Part shown: positions 7,754 through 17,878 of the stretch, piece by piece
How positions within the stretch are numbered: the stretch's first letter is position 1
Layout: each line of letters opens with the position of its first letter
Origin: Rhodothermales bacterium
Lineage (GTDB): Bacteria; Bacteroidota; Rhodothermia; Rhodothermales; Bin80
Direction of reading: 5' to 3'
DNA: 64,000 nt
Assembly: GCA_963665975.1 (NCBI GenBank)
Contig: OY762508.1
Coordinates: 916,585-980,584, forward strand
Translations under genes and position numbers: made by a program
The notes under the pieces: model-generated
The model's database searches: none
What the model saw: only the letters and a program-made list of their open reading frames with translations
What the model was told of the DNA's origin: nothing

Positions 7754-9867
7754 TCCTTCTTTGACGCGTCGGCAACAACCTGCTCCTGCACATTTCGCGG
7801 CATCGCCTCATAATGACTGAACGTCGAGGCATGTATGCCCCTGCCCTGCGTCATAGAGCGCACGGATGTGGAATAGCGGTAGAGCTCCGCCTCCGGCACG
7901 AGTGCTCTGATCTTCTGCAGCGTTCCCTCGGCCTCAATCCCCTGGATGCGAGCCCGGCGCGTATTCATGTCGCCCATTATCTCGCCAGTGTACGCCTCCG
8001 GCACGGTCACCTCCACGTCATGGATCGGCTCCAGGATCACAGGTCTGGCCTTCCGGAACGACTCGCGAAAACACATGCGCGCAGCCGTCTTGAAGGCAGC
8101 CTCGTTGGAGTCTACCGAGTGCATCCCGCCATCGTATACCACCAGGCGCACATCTCCCACCGGATAATCTGCAATCGGCCCGCGCTGCATGGCCTCCCGG
8201 ACGCCCTTCTGGATTGCTCCAAAGAACCTGCGCATATCAATTACGCCACCCACGATGCCATCAATAAATTGAATCGTGGATCCCCAGCCCGTCTTCACGT
8301 CCACCGTTTTGCGCACTGAAATATCCGGGCGCTTCTGGAATTCTCCCTCCAAGGGCTCGATTAGCATCGAAATATCCGCGAACTGCCCGGCGCCTCCGGT
8401 CTGCTTCTTGTGTCGATAGGACGACCGGGCTTCTGCTGTGACCGTTTCACGGTAAGCCACACGAGGGCGGCCATAATCGACGTCAACGTTCACCTTATGC
8501 TTCAATCGGTACTGAGCAACACGCAGATGCAACTCTCCCTGTCCCCCCAATGTCACCTGACTGAGGTGCGGTTCGTGAAGGACTTTCAGGGACGGATCCT
8601 CTGCCGTGATCTGGTGCAGTCCCTGAGCCAACTTGTCCTCCTCACCTTCATTCTTGGGCCGAATAGAAACGCGATACCTGGGCTCGGGAAACGCTATCGG
8701 CGCGATTATCACGTTGCTCCCTTTCTTGCGAAGTGTATTATTGGTATGCGTGTCTCGAAGCTTTACTAACGCGCCGATATCTCCGGCCACCATTTTGGAG
8801 ACTGTGTCGCGCTCGCGGCCATTTAGCGCAAACAGTTGCCCGAGCCGTTCGGTAGTCCCGGACTGGGCATTCTCAAGATCCATCCCGGTTTCTATTGTAC
8901 CGCCGTAGACCCGGAAAAAGGAGTAGTCACCCACGTGCTGCTCCGCCATCGTGCGATAGACCAGGACAACGGGACTGGCGTCAATGTCCGCCGCCACGGC
9001 TTGCCCCGCAGCGGTCATCGCATGTGGCATGTCGGCTGGCGAGGCGCACACGTTGTCAATAAAGCTCATCAGACGGGATGCGCCCACGTTCTCAGTGGCA
9101 ATAGTGCAGAAAATCGGAAACAGCTCCCGGTTAATCATTGCCGTACGCAGCCCCTGGCGCATTTCGTCCTCACCGAGCTCGCCCTTTTCGAAATACAACT
9201 CCATGAGCGCCTCATCATTGACCGCAATGTCTTCCACCAGCGCATTGTGCAACTCTTCCGCACGCTCCTGCAAGTCCGCCGGGATGTCGCTCACTTCCGC
9301 CTTCCCATTCTTGCCAGCCGGAAATGTCAACTGCTTCATTAGCAGCACGTCGATGATCGTGCGGGAATCGGCGCCCGGGAATTGCACCACGGTCGCACTC
9401 GCCCCGAATCGCCCCTTGATCTGCGTCACCAACCGATCTACGTCGGCCTGCTGCCGATCCAATTGGTTCAAAACGAACATGGACGGCTTGTCCGTATCCA
9501 CCGCGTAGCTCCATGCCAGCTCCGTACCGACCTCTATTCCCTCGGCGGCGTTCATCACAAAAATTGCTGTATCAGCCACCTTCATGGCCGCAGCTACCTC
9601 TCCGATAAAATCCGGATAGCCAGGCGTGTCGATAATGTTGATCTTGTACTTATTCCATTCCGTGTGCAGCAGGGACGAAAAGATGGACATTTGCCGCTCC
9701 CTTTCGCTGCTGTGATAATCGCTGACCGTATTGCCCTCAGTGATGGATCCCATTCGGTGCGTGGATCCGCTCACAAAGAGCATGGATTCAGCCAATGTGG
9801 TCTTGCCACTCCCCTGGTGCCCGACGAGCACCACGTTCCTGATTTGCCCTGCGTTGTATGCCTTCAT
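7750..9867 (-). CDS. elongation factor G paralog (EF-G2-type translational GTPase)
   Basis: G1 motif GHQGSGKTT, G3 motif DTPGYPDF (Tyr where EF-G1 has the switch-II His, as in Thermus EF-G-2), and five-domain length (705 aa). It is not in an rpsL-rpsG-fusA-tuf context. Confidence 0.85.
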   Translation of the reverse strand: MKAYNAGQIRNVVLVGHQGSGKTTLAESMLFVSGSTHRMGSITEGNTVSDYHSSERERQMSIFSSLLHTEWNKYKINIIDTPGYPDFIGEVAAAMKVADTAIFVMNAAEGIEVGTELAWSYAVDTDKPSMFVLNQLDRQQADVDRLVTQIKGRFGASATVVQFPGADSRTIIDVLLMKQLTFPAGKNGKAEVSDIPADLQERAEELHNALVEDIAVNDEALMELYFEKGELGEDEMRQGLRTAMINRELFPIFCTIATENVGASRLMSFIDNVCASPADMPHAMTAAGQAVAADIDASPVVLVYRTMAEQHVGDYSFFRVYGGTIETGMDLENAQSGTTERLGQLFALNGRERDTVSKMVAGDIGALVKLRDTHTNNTLRKKGSNVIIAPIAFPEPRYRVSIRPKNEGEEDKLAQGLHQITAEDPSLKVLHEPHLSQVTLGGQGELHLRVAQYRLKHKVNVDVDYGRPRVAYRETVTAEARSSYRHKKQTGGAGQFADISMLIEPLEGEFQKRPDISVRKTVDVKTGWGSTIQFIDGIVGGVIDMRRFFGAIQKGVREAMQRGPIADYPVGDVRLVVYDGGMHSVDSNEAAFKTAARMCFRESFRKARPVILEPIHDVEVTVPEAYTGEIMGDMNTRRARIQGIEAEGTLQKIRALVPEAELYRYSTSVRSMTQGRGIHASTFSHYEAMPRNVQEQVVADASKKD

Positions 9868-10186
9868 TGCCGTGTTGTGTTGCCGTTGACGCCACGGGTA
9901 CGCCTGAATCCGTCATGCCCCCGCACTGACGTCCTAAAAGAGGCTGTGCTACTTCCAATGCACTGTGAAACGCCCTTCCATAAGAGACCGAACGTAACGC
10001 GGCAAGATACTCCAAGGACGCAAATAATCAAGTCCCTCAGACTCGCGAACGAAGCCTGAGAGCGGTTTTCGTAGATTATGCATGCGTGCTCGGCTGCAGG
10101 CATTGGAGAACACTTCCTCCTCATGCGGCTTTAACGGTCCTCTTGCCGGTTACGGCCCCCTGGTGTTTATTAATGAAACGCGCCTT

Positions 10187-11032
10187 ATGGCTTGGTTCGA
10201 GCGTACAACCAAGGGCATTCTGACTACTCGGAGTGAGAAAACGGAAATTCCGGATGGTCACTGGATCAAGTGCTCCAGTTGCGGTGAAATCAATAATCGG
10301 CGTGAGTTGGTTGATAATGCGTGGGTGTGCTCCAAATGCGAGTATCACATGCGCTTGCATGCACTGGGATATTTTGAGCTCTTGTTTGATGATGCCTCGT
10401 TCGTCCTGCACGATGAACAATTGATTCCCAAGGACCCCCTTCAGTTCATCGATCGCAAGGCCTACGCGGAACGCCTCAAGGGGACTGCAAAAAAGACGGG
10501 GCTTAACGATGCAGTGCTGTCCGCTATGGGGATGGTTGGCGGACATGTTATTGCGGCCGCCGCCATGGATTTTCGTTTTATCGGCGGATCGATGGGTAGT
10601 GTTGTGGGCGAAATCGTCGCTCGCACAATCAGGCGCGCCATCGAATCGACCTGCCCGCTGGTGATCATCTCTCAGAGTGGTGGGGCCCGCATGATGGAAG
10701 GGGCCCTTAGTCTCATGCAGATGGCAAAGACGAGTGCTCATCTGTCGCGATTGGATGAGCTCGGCGTGCCGTACATTTCGGTGCTAACCAATCCCACCAC
10801 GGGAGGCGTGACGGCTTCATTCGCCATGTTGGGAGACATACATATTGCCGAGCCCGGCGCACTGATCGGGTTTGCCGGTCCGCGGGTGATCCGTGAAACT
10901 ATCGGCCAGGACCTGCCAGTCGGCTTCCAGAGCTCAGAATTTCTGCAGGATCACGGCTTTGTCGATCTGATCGTGGACAGGAGAAATCTCCGGGATAAGA
11001 TCATTCATTTGCTCGACCTGTTCATGGAGTAG
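10187..11032 (+). CDS. accD: acetyl-CoA carboxylase carboxyltransferase subunit beta
   Basis: N-terminal zinc ribbon CSSCGEI...CSKCEYH and carboxyltransferase core GGSMGSVVGE...SGGARMMEG. I chose the ATG at 10187 (MAWFERT...). Confidence 0.92.
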   Translation: MAWFERTTKGILTTRSEKTEIPDGHWIKCSSCGEINNRRELVDNAWVCSKCEYHMRLHALGYFELLFDDASFVLHDEQLIPKDPLQFIDRKAYAERLKGTAKKTGLNDAVLSAMGMVGGHVIAAAAMDFRFIGGSMGSVVGEIVARTIRRAIESTCPLVIISQSGGARMMEGALSLMQMAKTSAHLSRLDELGVPYISVLTNPTTGGVTASFAMLGDIHIAEPGALIGFAGPRVIRETIGQDLPVGFQSSEFLQDHGFVDLIVDRRNLRDKIIHLLDLFME

Positions 11033-11033
11033 C

Positions 11034-12227
11034 ATGCCTCGCAGCACTATGCCGCTCTGGGTGCTAATCGCCTGCTTTCTAGCAAGCTGCACGGAGCACG
11101 AAACGCCCTCCGAATTGTATTTTGAAGAACTCCCCTCGCCGGCGGCACCCGGAAGCGGCATGCCTGAGTTCGCTGTCACGCCGTCCGGAACGGTCTATCT
11201 GAGCTGGTTGGAGCCTGGCCGCGAAAAAGCCCACGCATTTCGTCTTGCGCGACTTGGGGACACTGGAGTAGCCACCAAGACCATAGCGGAAGGCGATTCC
11301 TGGTTCGTGAACTGGGCCGACTTTCCCACGATCATGGCGTGGAGCGACACGGCGCTGGCCGCTCATTTTCTGACCCTCAATGGCGCCAGCGCATACGCCT
11401 ATGACGTGCGCGTTACACAATCCCGCGACGGAGGCTCTTCGTGGACCACACCAATTAAGCCCCACCGTGACAACACGCAGAACGAGCACGGATTCGTGTC
11501 CCTGGTGCCCTGGAAGGATGACGCCGTTCTTGTCGCCTGGCTAGACGGCAGGACTTATCCCGATCTCCAGGAGATGACTCTCCGCAGCGCAGTCCTGGAC
11601 GCTACGGGAGCAATCACCAACGAAACCCTTCTGGATGCACGTGTATGCGACTGCTGCCAGACGTCAGCGGCCAAGACTGCAACCGGCACAGTCCTTGCAT
11701 ACCGCGACAGGTCCGAGGACGAAATCCGTGACATCGCCGTCATCCGCATCGACGACAGCGGGCCGTCGGAGCCAACCATAGTAGCCACAGACGGGTGGCG
11801 GATAACCGGCTGCCCTGTCAATGGTCCGGCGGTGTCGGCCCAGGGACAGCAAGTTGCTGTGGCCTGGTATACTGAAGCAGGCGATCAGCCGCGCGTGCAC
11901 GTTGCGCTTTCCAGTAATGAAGCACGAACGTTTGGTCCGGCGCTCCGGGCGGACGACGGAAATGCCATTGGACGCGTAGACGTTGCCGTGGACCTTGAGG
12001 GTTATACCCACGTCAGTTGGGTGGAGCGCACAGAGGATGGTGCGGTCATTCGCCTGCGCCGTTTTGATCAGGCTGGATCGCCCATGGACGTGACCACAGT
12101 TGTAGCTACCTCCGCGGAACGGGCGAGCGGGTTTCCCCGCCTCGCCGTGGGTAGCGGCGAAGTGTATGTAGCCTGGACAGACGCGCACGCCTCCCCATCA
12201 CAGGTGCGCATCACACGAGCACGGTAA
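11034..12227 (+). CDS. BNR/Asp-box (sialidase-fold-like) lipoprotein, function unknown
   Basis: Lipobox FLASC and Asp-box SRDGGSSW, with a repeated beta-propeller-like pattern. It starts 2 nt after accD and ends 5 nt before nagB. Confidence 0.6.
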   Translation: MPRSTMPLWVLIACFLASCTEHETPSELYFEELPSPAAPGSGMPEFAVTPSGTVYLSWLEPGREKAHAFRLARLGDTGVATKTIAEGDSWFVNWADFPTIMAWSDTALAAHFLTLNGASAYAYDVRVTQSRDGGSSWTTPIKPHRDNTQNEHGFVSLVPWKDDAVLVAWLDGRTYPDLQEMTLRSAVLDATGAITNETLLDARVCDCCQTSAAKTATGTVLAYRDRSEDEIRDIAVIRIDDSGPSEPTIVATDGWRITGCPVNGPAVSAQGQQVAVAWYTEAGDQPRVHVALSSNEARTFGPALRADDGNAIGRVDVAVDLEGYTHVSWVERTEDGAVIRLRRFDQAGSPMDVTTVVATSAERASGFPRLAVGSGEVYVAWTDAHASPSQVRITRAR

Positions 12228-12232
12228 GCGTC

Positions 12233-12970
12233 ATGCAGGTAGAAATCTTCGACGACTATCCCGCCGTAAGTGAGCGGGCCGCCGCAATCGTAGCCGAACA
12301 GATTAGGCAGAAGCCAACAAGCGTGATTGGCTTTGCCACCGGCAGCACGCCAGTCTTGATGTATGAAATTCTGGTACAGATGCATAGGAATCAGAACCTT
12401 GATTTTTCAGAAATCATATCCTTCAACCTCGATGAATATGTCGGCATCCCGGCCGAACATGCCCAGAGTTACCACACGTTCATGTGGGAGCATCTGTTCA
12501 GGCACATCAATATCACGCCGACGCGTATTCACATACCTGACGGGATGGTCAAGGACTTGCGCGCCTGTTGCGCGGATTATGAAGATGCCATAGCACGCTG
12601 CGGCGGCATTGACCTGCAAATACTTGGCATTGGCTCCAACGGCCATATTGCCTTTAACGAGCCCGGGTCAACCCACGGATCGCGCACGCGTGTCATGGAC
12701 CTAACCGAAAAGACGATTGCGGATAACGCGCGATTCTTTGACCGACCTGAAGACGTGCCCCGGCGTGCCATTACCATGGGCATAGGTACCATTCTGGAGG
12801 CACGCCAAGTCCTGCTGACAGGCTGCGGGGAACACAAGGCCGGCGCGGTTGCGGCAGCACTGGAGAAAGATGTCACAACGGCAATGCCAGCCTCTGCCCT
12901 GCAACATCATGATGGCGCCCTTATCCTGCTGGACCGGGCAGCCGCCTCCCAGTTGCGGCAGGCGTGGTAG
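12233..12970 (+). CDS. nagB: glucosamine-6-phosphate deaminase
   Basis: GFATGSTP...FNLDEYVG...LGIGSNGHIAFNEPGS are canonical NagB motifs. Confidence 0.92.
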   Translation: MQVEIFDDYPAVSERAAAIVAEQIRQKPTSVIGFATGSTPVLMYEILVQMHRNQNLDFSEIISFNLDEYVGIPAEHAQSYHTFMWEHLFRHINITPTRIHIPDGMVKDLRACCADYEDAIARCGGIDLQILGIGSNGHIAFNEPGSTHGSRTRVMDLTEKTIADNARFFDRPEDVPRRAITMGIGTILEARQVLLTGCGEHKAGAVAAALEKDVTTAMPASALQHHDGALILLDRAAASQLRQAW

Positions 12971-13006
12971 CCAAGGCTATTCCCGAACTATGATGCCGGT
13001 CGCCAT

Positions 13007-14182
13007 ATGGGCGTAACGGCCCTACCTGATGCTTCACAAAACCCCTACTTTTTCGTGATACTGATTCTACGACCCAACACAAATGTAAACTCGCCGAGTT
13101 ACGCGAGACTGACGCGCTATCTGGATTCGCTCCAGAACATCCGGTACCAAGTGCACCATGTGCAAGGCAGTGGGCAGCGCTTGACCGAGATCTACCTGAT
13201 CGGTGATACCGCCCCGTTATCGCTAGACTTTATGCGGGGATTGCCCTGCGTGCTACGCGTCGTCCGCGTGCAGGAATCCTACCGCTTCCTGGGACGCCAT
13301 GGACAAGAGGAGACGCCGCATCAGTTCGAATACAACGGCGTTACGTTCGATCAACAGAGCCTCCATGTATTCGCCGGCCTCTGTGCGGTGGACACGCGCG
13401 AATATGTGCGCGCAATGATGCAGGCCTTGCAAGATAACGGCCAGACGTGCACGCGGATGGGGGCATACAAGCCCCGAACCAATCCGTATTCATTTCAAGG
13501 CCATGGCAAGGCCTGTCTTCCGTTCGTGTTCGAACTGGCGGGTGTGCATGGCATCAAGATCATCGCGATGGAGGTTACGCATGAAAACCACATCTACGAA
13601 ATCACTGAAGCACTGGAGGAATCCGGGCATCCGACCGGCGTTATGTTGCAGATCGGAACGCGCAATACGCAGAATTTCGAGCTCCTCAAGTGTGCCGGAA
13701 GGCAGCGTGACTATCCTGTGCTCATCAAGCGCGGATTCGGAATCACGTTAAACGAATCCCTGAATGCCGCCGAATATCTGGCAAGCGAAGGCAACCATCG
13801 CATTATCTTCGCCCTGCGCGGGATGAAGACCAATTTGGGCGACCCCCACCGAAATCTGGTGGATTTCTCGCACGTGCCCGTTGTGCACCGGCTAACACGC
13901 ATGCCGGTATGTATAGACCCGTCTCATTCGGTGGGCAGCCGGCATGCCAGTCCAGAAGGACTCCTCGACGTGATGCACGTGACGGCCCAGGGTGTCATTG
14001 CCGGAGCCAACATGGTACTGGTGGACTTTCACCCGGCACCCGCCAAAGCCCTGGTCGACGGTCCGCAAGCACTCCTGCTGAATGAATTGCCATATTTTCT
14101 GGAGGATATCCAGATCGCGCGTGCGGCGTACCTTAAGCGCATGGCCCTCGCAAAGACCTTTCGCACATCGGTGGCTGAGTAA
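13007..14182 (+). CDS. 3-deoxy-7-phosphoheptulonate (DAHP) synthase, type I-beta with an N-terminal ferredoxin-like regulatory domain
   Basis: AGLCAVD...GAYKPRTNPYSFQG...IGTRNTQNFELL...KRG...CIDPSHS matches KDO8P/DAHP-I-beta family motifs. About 100 extra N-terminal residues precede the catalytic region. Confidence 0.88.
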   Translation: MGVTALPDASQNPYFFVILILRPNTNVNSPSYARLTRYLDSLQNIRYQVHHVQGSGQRLTEIYLIGDTAPLSLDFMRGLPCVLRVVRVQESYRFLGRHGQEETPHQFEYNGVTFDQQSLHVFAGLCAVDTREYVRAMMQALQDNGQTCTRMGAYKPRTNPYSFQGHGKACLPFVFELAGVHGIKIIAMEVTHENHIYEITEALEESGHPTGVMLQIGTRNTQNFELLKCAGRQRDYPVLIKRGFGITLNESLNAAEYLASEGNHRIIFALRGMKTNLGDPHRNLVDFSHVPVVHRLTRMPVCIDPSHSVGSRHASPEGLLDVMHVTAQGVIAGANMVLVDFHPAPAKALVDGPQALLLNELPYFLEDIQIARAAYLKRMALAKTFRTSVAE

Positions 14183-14739
14183 TAGATCGTTCAGGAGAAT
14201 CGAACTGGCTGCTCGTAGCCTCTATTTCCCCGATCCGGAAGGGTCTCATCCAACGTCACCACACGCAAATCTCCAGCGCTTTGTCGGGACGCCGCTCGGG
14301 CCGTGCATGGACTGGATATGCGCGGGTCAGGCTCCGGGTGGATCGTAGGGCCTCCGACCGATGCGGATGCGTTGACTGATGGGCGAAGCTGGGTGCTGAC
14401 GGCGCCTGTACCACATCGCTCTGATTCGCGATTCTTCCGGATGCTATGTGGCCATCCTGCACGGGAGCCGAATCACGATCGGCAGGCCACAACGGGCGGC
14501 CTCGGAAGCAACACCCGGCCGGTTGGGGCATTCTTATCCCTCCATGACGCCGAATCCATGTCATTTTCCTCTTGCGCGTTGCCCTCTTCGTCAAGCGAAA
14601 CGTGTTGACCGTATAACAGGCGAAGAGTCACCCTCCCGGGTTCCTGCCGGGATCACAATCGGATCCGGCTGGCGCCACATGATTCTGCCGGCAAGTCCGG
14701 TTGCCATTACTTTACCGAATAACCCTACCCCACCAACCA

Positions 14740-17634
14740 ATGCGTTTCTATACGTGGTTCATGCCCCTCGTGCTCCTGGCACCGGTCGCTGCAGCGCAGC
14801 AACCCCAAATGATTTCCCTGTTCGAGCCTACACCGGCAGTAAGTCGCCTGGAAAGTTTTGAGCAGCGGAAAGACCAGGTGCAGCACTCCCTGTTCAAGAA
14901 CATGACGTTCGACAATATCGGTCCGACGATCATGAGTGGACGAATTGTAGATATCGAGGCCAATCCGGCGGATCCCGTGCATATGTATGTGGCCTACGCG
15001 TCCGGTGGGCTGTGGCGATCAGAGAACAACGGCCAGTCCTTTGTGCCACTGTTCGATCACGAGGCTGCCATGACGATCGGGGATATCGCTGTGGACTGGA
15101 AACGGGGCGAAGTGATCTGGGTGGGTACCGGCGAAAATAACTCCAGCCGCTCTTCATACGCAGGCACCGGAGTGTACAAGTCCGAGAATAGGGGTGAGAC
15201 ATGGGTGCACATGGGACTGGAGGAGACCCATCGCATCGGCCGCATATTGTTGCATCCCGAGAATCCTAACACGATCTGGGTTGCTGCTGCAGGTGCCTTG
15301 TACTCCTCAAGTCCTGATCGCGGCGTGTACAAAAGCACGGACGGCGGCGTTACGTGGACCAATACACTGCAGGTTTCCGAGCGGGCGGGCGTCATTGATC
15401 TGCTGATTGATCCCACCAACCCGGAAATACTGTACGCGGCCGCCTGGCACCGAGAGCGCCGTGCCTGGAATTTTGTAGAGGGGGGTGCGGATTCGGGAAT
15501 CTGGAAATCCACCGATGGCGGCAACATATGGACACGGCTTGAGGCGGAGGGATTGCCCGATGGTGAAAGCGTCGGGCGTATAGGGCTGGCCCAGCATGTG
15601 TCGGGCACGCTGTATGCCATTGTAGATAACCAGTTTCGCCGACCGGAAGAAGATATGGACGATGAAGAACCGTCCGTGCTTACGCGGGACATGCTGCGTG
15701 CAATGACACGCGCGGAATTCCTGGAAATGGACAAAGACGCAATTGCCTCCTACCTGGACGAGAATGGATTCGAGTCTCGGTACACGGCTGACGTTATTAT
15801 GGGTATGGTCGAGCGCGAAGAGCTTGAGCCCGTTCACCTTGTCTGGTATGTCGAGGATGCCAACCGTGAACTCTTTGACACGCCCGTGGTCGGAGCCGAG
15901 GTCTACCGCAGTGATGATGGCGGCGCCACATGGACAAGAACACACGAAGACTATCTGGACAGCGTGTACAACTCTTACGGGTACTACTTCGGCGAAATCC
16001 GAATCGCACCAGATGACGTAAATCGTATCTACATTCTCGGCGTGCCACTTCTGCGCTCCGACGATGGTGGCGTCACATGGCAGTCGATTGGGGGACCGCA
16101 CGTGCATGCGGACCATCAGGCCCTTTGGCTGAATCCTGCGCGTCCCGGTCACCTGCTGAACGGCAACGATGGGGGGCTCAACATCAGCTATGACGACGGA
16201 GGGACCTGGTTCAAGGCCAATACGCCTCCTGTGGGTCAGTTCTACGCTATTGGCGTGGACGACGCGGAGCCCTACCATGTGTACGGAGGGCTGCAGGATA
16301 ATGGCGTCTGGGGTGGGCCGCATACATACGTCCACTCGTTCGGGTGGTACGCGAGTGGCGAGTACGCGTACGACCGGTATTTGGGTGGCGACGGAATGCA
16401 AGTGGAAATTGACACACGCACCAATGACATTGTGTATACGGGTTCGCAATTCGGGGCGTACCGGCGCATCGAAAAAGGAGGTGGCAGTGCATCCGTACGA
16501 CCACGTCACACGTTGGGCGAGCGTCCGTTGCGTTTTAACTGGCAGACTCCGATTCATCTTTCGCGCCATAATCAGGACGTGCTTTACTATGGCTCGAACA
16601 AGCTGCACCGGTCCTTCAATCGTGGGGACGACTGGGAAACGCTTTCCGGCGATCTGACGCGCGGTGGGCGGCGCGGTGACGTGCCTTACGGAACTCTGAC
16701 CACTATTGATGAATCACCGCTTCGATTTGGTCTTCTGTACACCGGATCAGACGACGGACTGGTGCACATATCTCGCGATGGGGGTTACACGTGGGATAAT
16801 ATTTCGGATGAAGCATGGGGCGAACTTTGGGTGAGCCGGGTTGAAGCTTCACACCATGAGTTGGCGCGCGTGTATGTTACGCTAAACGGATACCGCTGGG
16901 ATCATTTTGCTCCGTATGTCTATCGGTCCGATGATTATGGTGCGACGTGGCAGGCGTTGCATGACGAACTGCCTCAAGAGCCCATAAACGTAGTGCTGGA
17001 GGATCCGTCGAACGAAAGCCTGCTCTATGTGGGCACCGATAATGGCCTGTATGTGTCTGTAAATGGTGGAGACACATTCATGTCCATGCAGGGAAATATG
17101 CCCCATGCACCGGTGCATGACTTGAAGATTCAGGCCCAGGCACAGCACCTGCTGGTAGGCACGCATGGCCGATCGATTTACCGCGCTGACATCAAACATG
17201 TGCAGGCCTTGACCCCGGAGGTCCTGACTGCAGAACTGCATGTATTTCCGCCAGAACCCGTAACACACGCGGATAGATGGGGCAACCGCAGGACTGTGTG
17301 GGTGGAGGTATTCGAGCCGGAGATGCAACTGACGGTCTTTGCTGGTGCTGATGGAGATGTAAGCATGCGAGTCTCGAGTGAGGACGGTCTCCTGCTTAAT
17401 ACGCTGGAGGACACTGCGGAACGCGGTCTGGACATTCTTACCTACGACCTGTCCGTAGATCCAGACCAGGTGCCTGGCTGGAACGAGGCACATGAAGACG
17501 ACGAGCTAGTCCCAGCAGACAACGGCACGTATTACCTTCCGGTGGGCAAGTACACGCTGGAATTAGCCATGGGGAGCGCAAACGCGACGACGTCTCTTGA
17601 AATTGTTGCGCCCCGTCGCTTCAGGCGGCGTTAG
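14740..17634 (+). CDS. secreted VPS10/sortilin-like BNR (Asp-box) repeat protein
   Basis: Signal peptide MRFYTWFMPLVLLAPVAAAQ. Many Asp-boxes: STDGGVTW, STDGGNIW, SDDGGATW, SDDGGVTW, SRDGGYTW, SDDYGATW. Confidence 0.8.
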   Translation: MRFYTWFMPLVLLAPVAAAQQPQMISLFEPTPAVSRLESFEQRKDQVQHSLFKNMTFDNIGPTIMSGRIVDIEANPADPVHMYVAYASGGLWRSENNGQSFVPLFDHEAAMTIGDIAVDWKRGEVIWVGTGENNSSRSSYAGTGVYKSENRGETWVHMGLEETHRIGRILLHPENPNTIWVAAAGALYSSSPDRGVYKSTDGGVTWTNTLQVSERAGVIDLLIDPTNPEILYAAAWHRERRAWNFVEGGADSGIWKSTDGGNIWTRLEAEGLPDGESVGRIGLAQHVSGTLYAIVDNQFRRPEEDMDDEEPSVLTRDMLRAMTRAEFLEMDKDAIASYLDENGFESRYTADVIMGMVEREELEPVHLVWYVEDANRELFDTPVVGAEVYRSDDGGATWTRTHEDYLDSVYNSYGYYFGEIRIAPDDVNRIYILGVPLLRSDDGGVTWQSIGGPHVHADHQALWLNPARPGHLLNGNDGGLNISYDDGGTWFKANTPPVGQFYAIGVDDAEPYHVYGGLQDNGVWGGPHTYVHSFGWYASGEYAYDRYLGGDGMQVEIDTRTNDIVYTGSQFGAYRRIEKGGGSASVRPRHTLGERPLRFNWQTPIHLSRHNQDVLYYGSNKLHRSFNRGDDWETLSGDLTRGGRRGDVPYGTLTTIDESPLRFGLLYTGSDDGLVHISRDGGYTWDNISDEAWGELWVSRVEASHHELARVYVTLNGYRWDHFAPYVYRSDDYGATWQALHDELPQEPINVVLEDPSNESLLYVGTDNGLYVSVNGGDTFMSMQGNMPHAPVHDLKIQAQAQHLLVGTHGRSIYRADIKHVQALTPEVLTAELHVFPPEPVTHADRWGNRRTVWVEVFEPEMQLTVFAGADGDVSMRVSSEDGLLLNTLEDTAERGLDILTYDLSVDPDQVPGWNEAHEDDELVPADNGTYYLPVGKYTLELAMGSANATTSLEIVAPRRFRRR

Positions 17635-17878
17635 CACCGAAGACGCATCCTTCAACGCAGGATAGAAGCGACACGACTAAGACAGATCGGCGTGCATTGG
17701 ATCGTAAGCGTCCCGGAGTACTCCAAAGCGAGACACTGGCGTGATTGCTCACCCATCGATGCAATCGTAATCTGCCTAATTCCCTTCAATTTGGTCAGAA
17801 CGCAGCCTGTCACGCCAGGCGCGGATTCGGGTCCGGTCCGGACCACGTTTCCGTGATCGCTTCGGCGGTATTCTTGCT

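Noticed and set aside
14183-14739. Possible RNase P RNA, SRP RNA or cobalamin riboswitch in the long intergenic region.
   Set aside because: I could not find GGAAAGTCCGG, ACAGAA...CCGCC, the SRP GGAA/AGCA symmetric-loop context or a B12 box on either strand. Only generic hairpins are present (kept as a low-interest finding).
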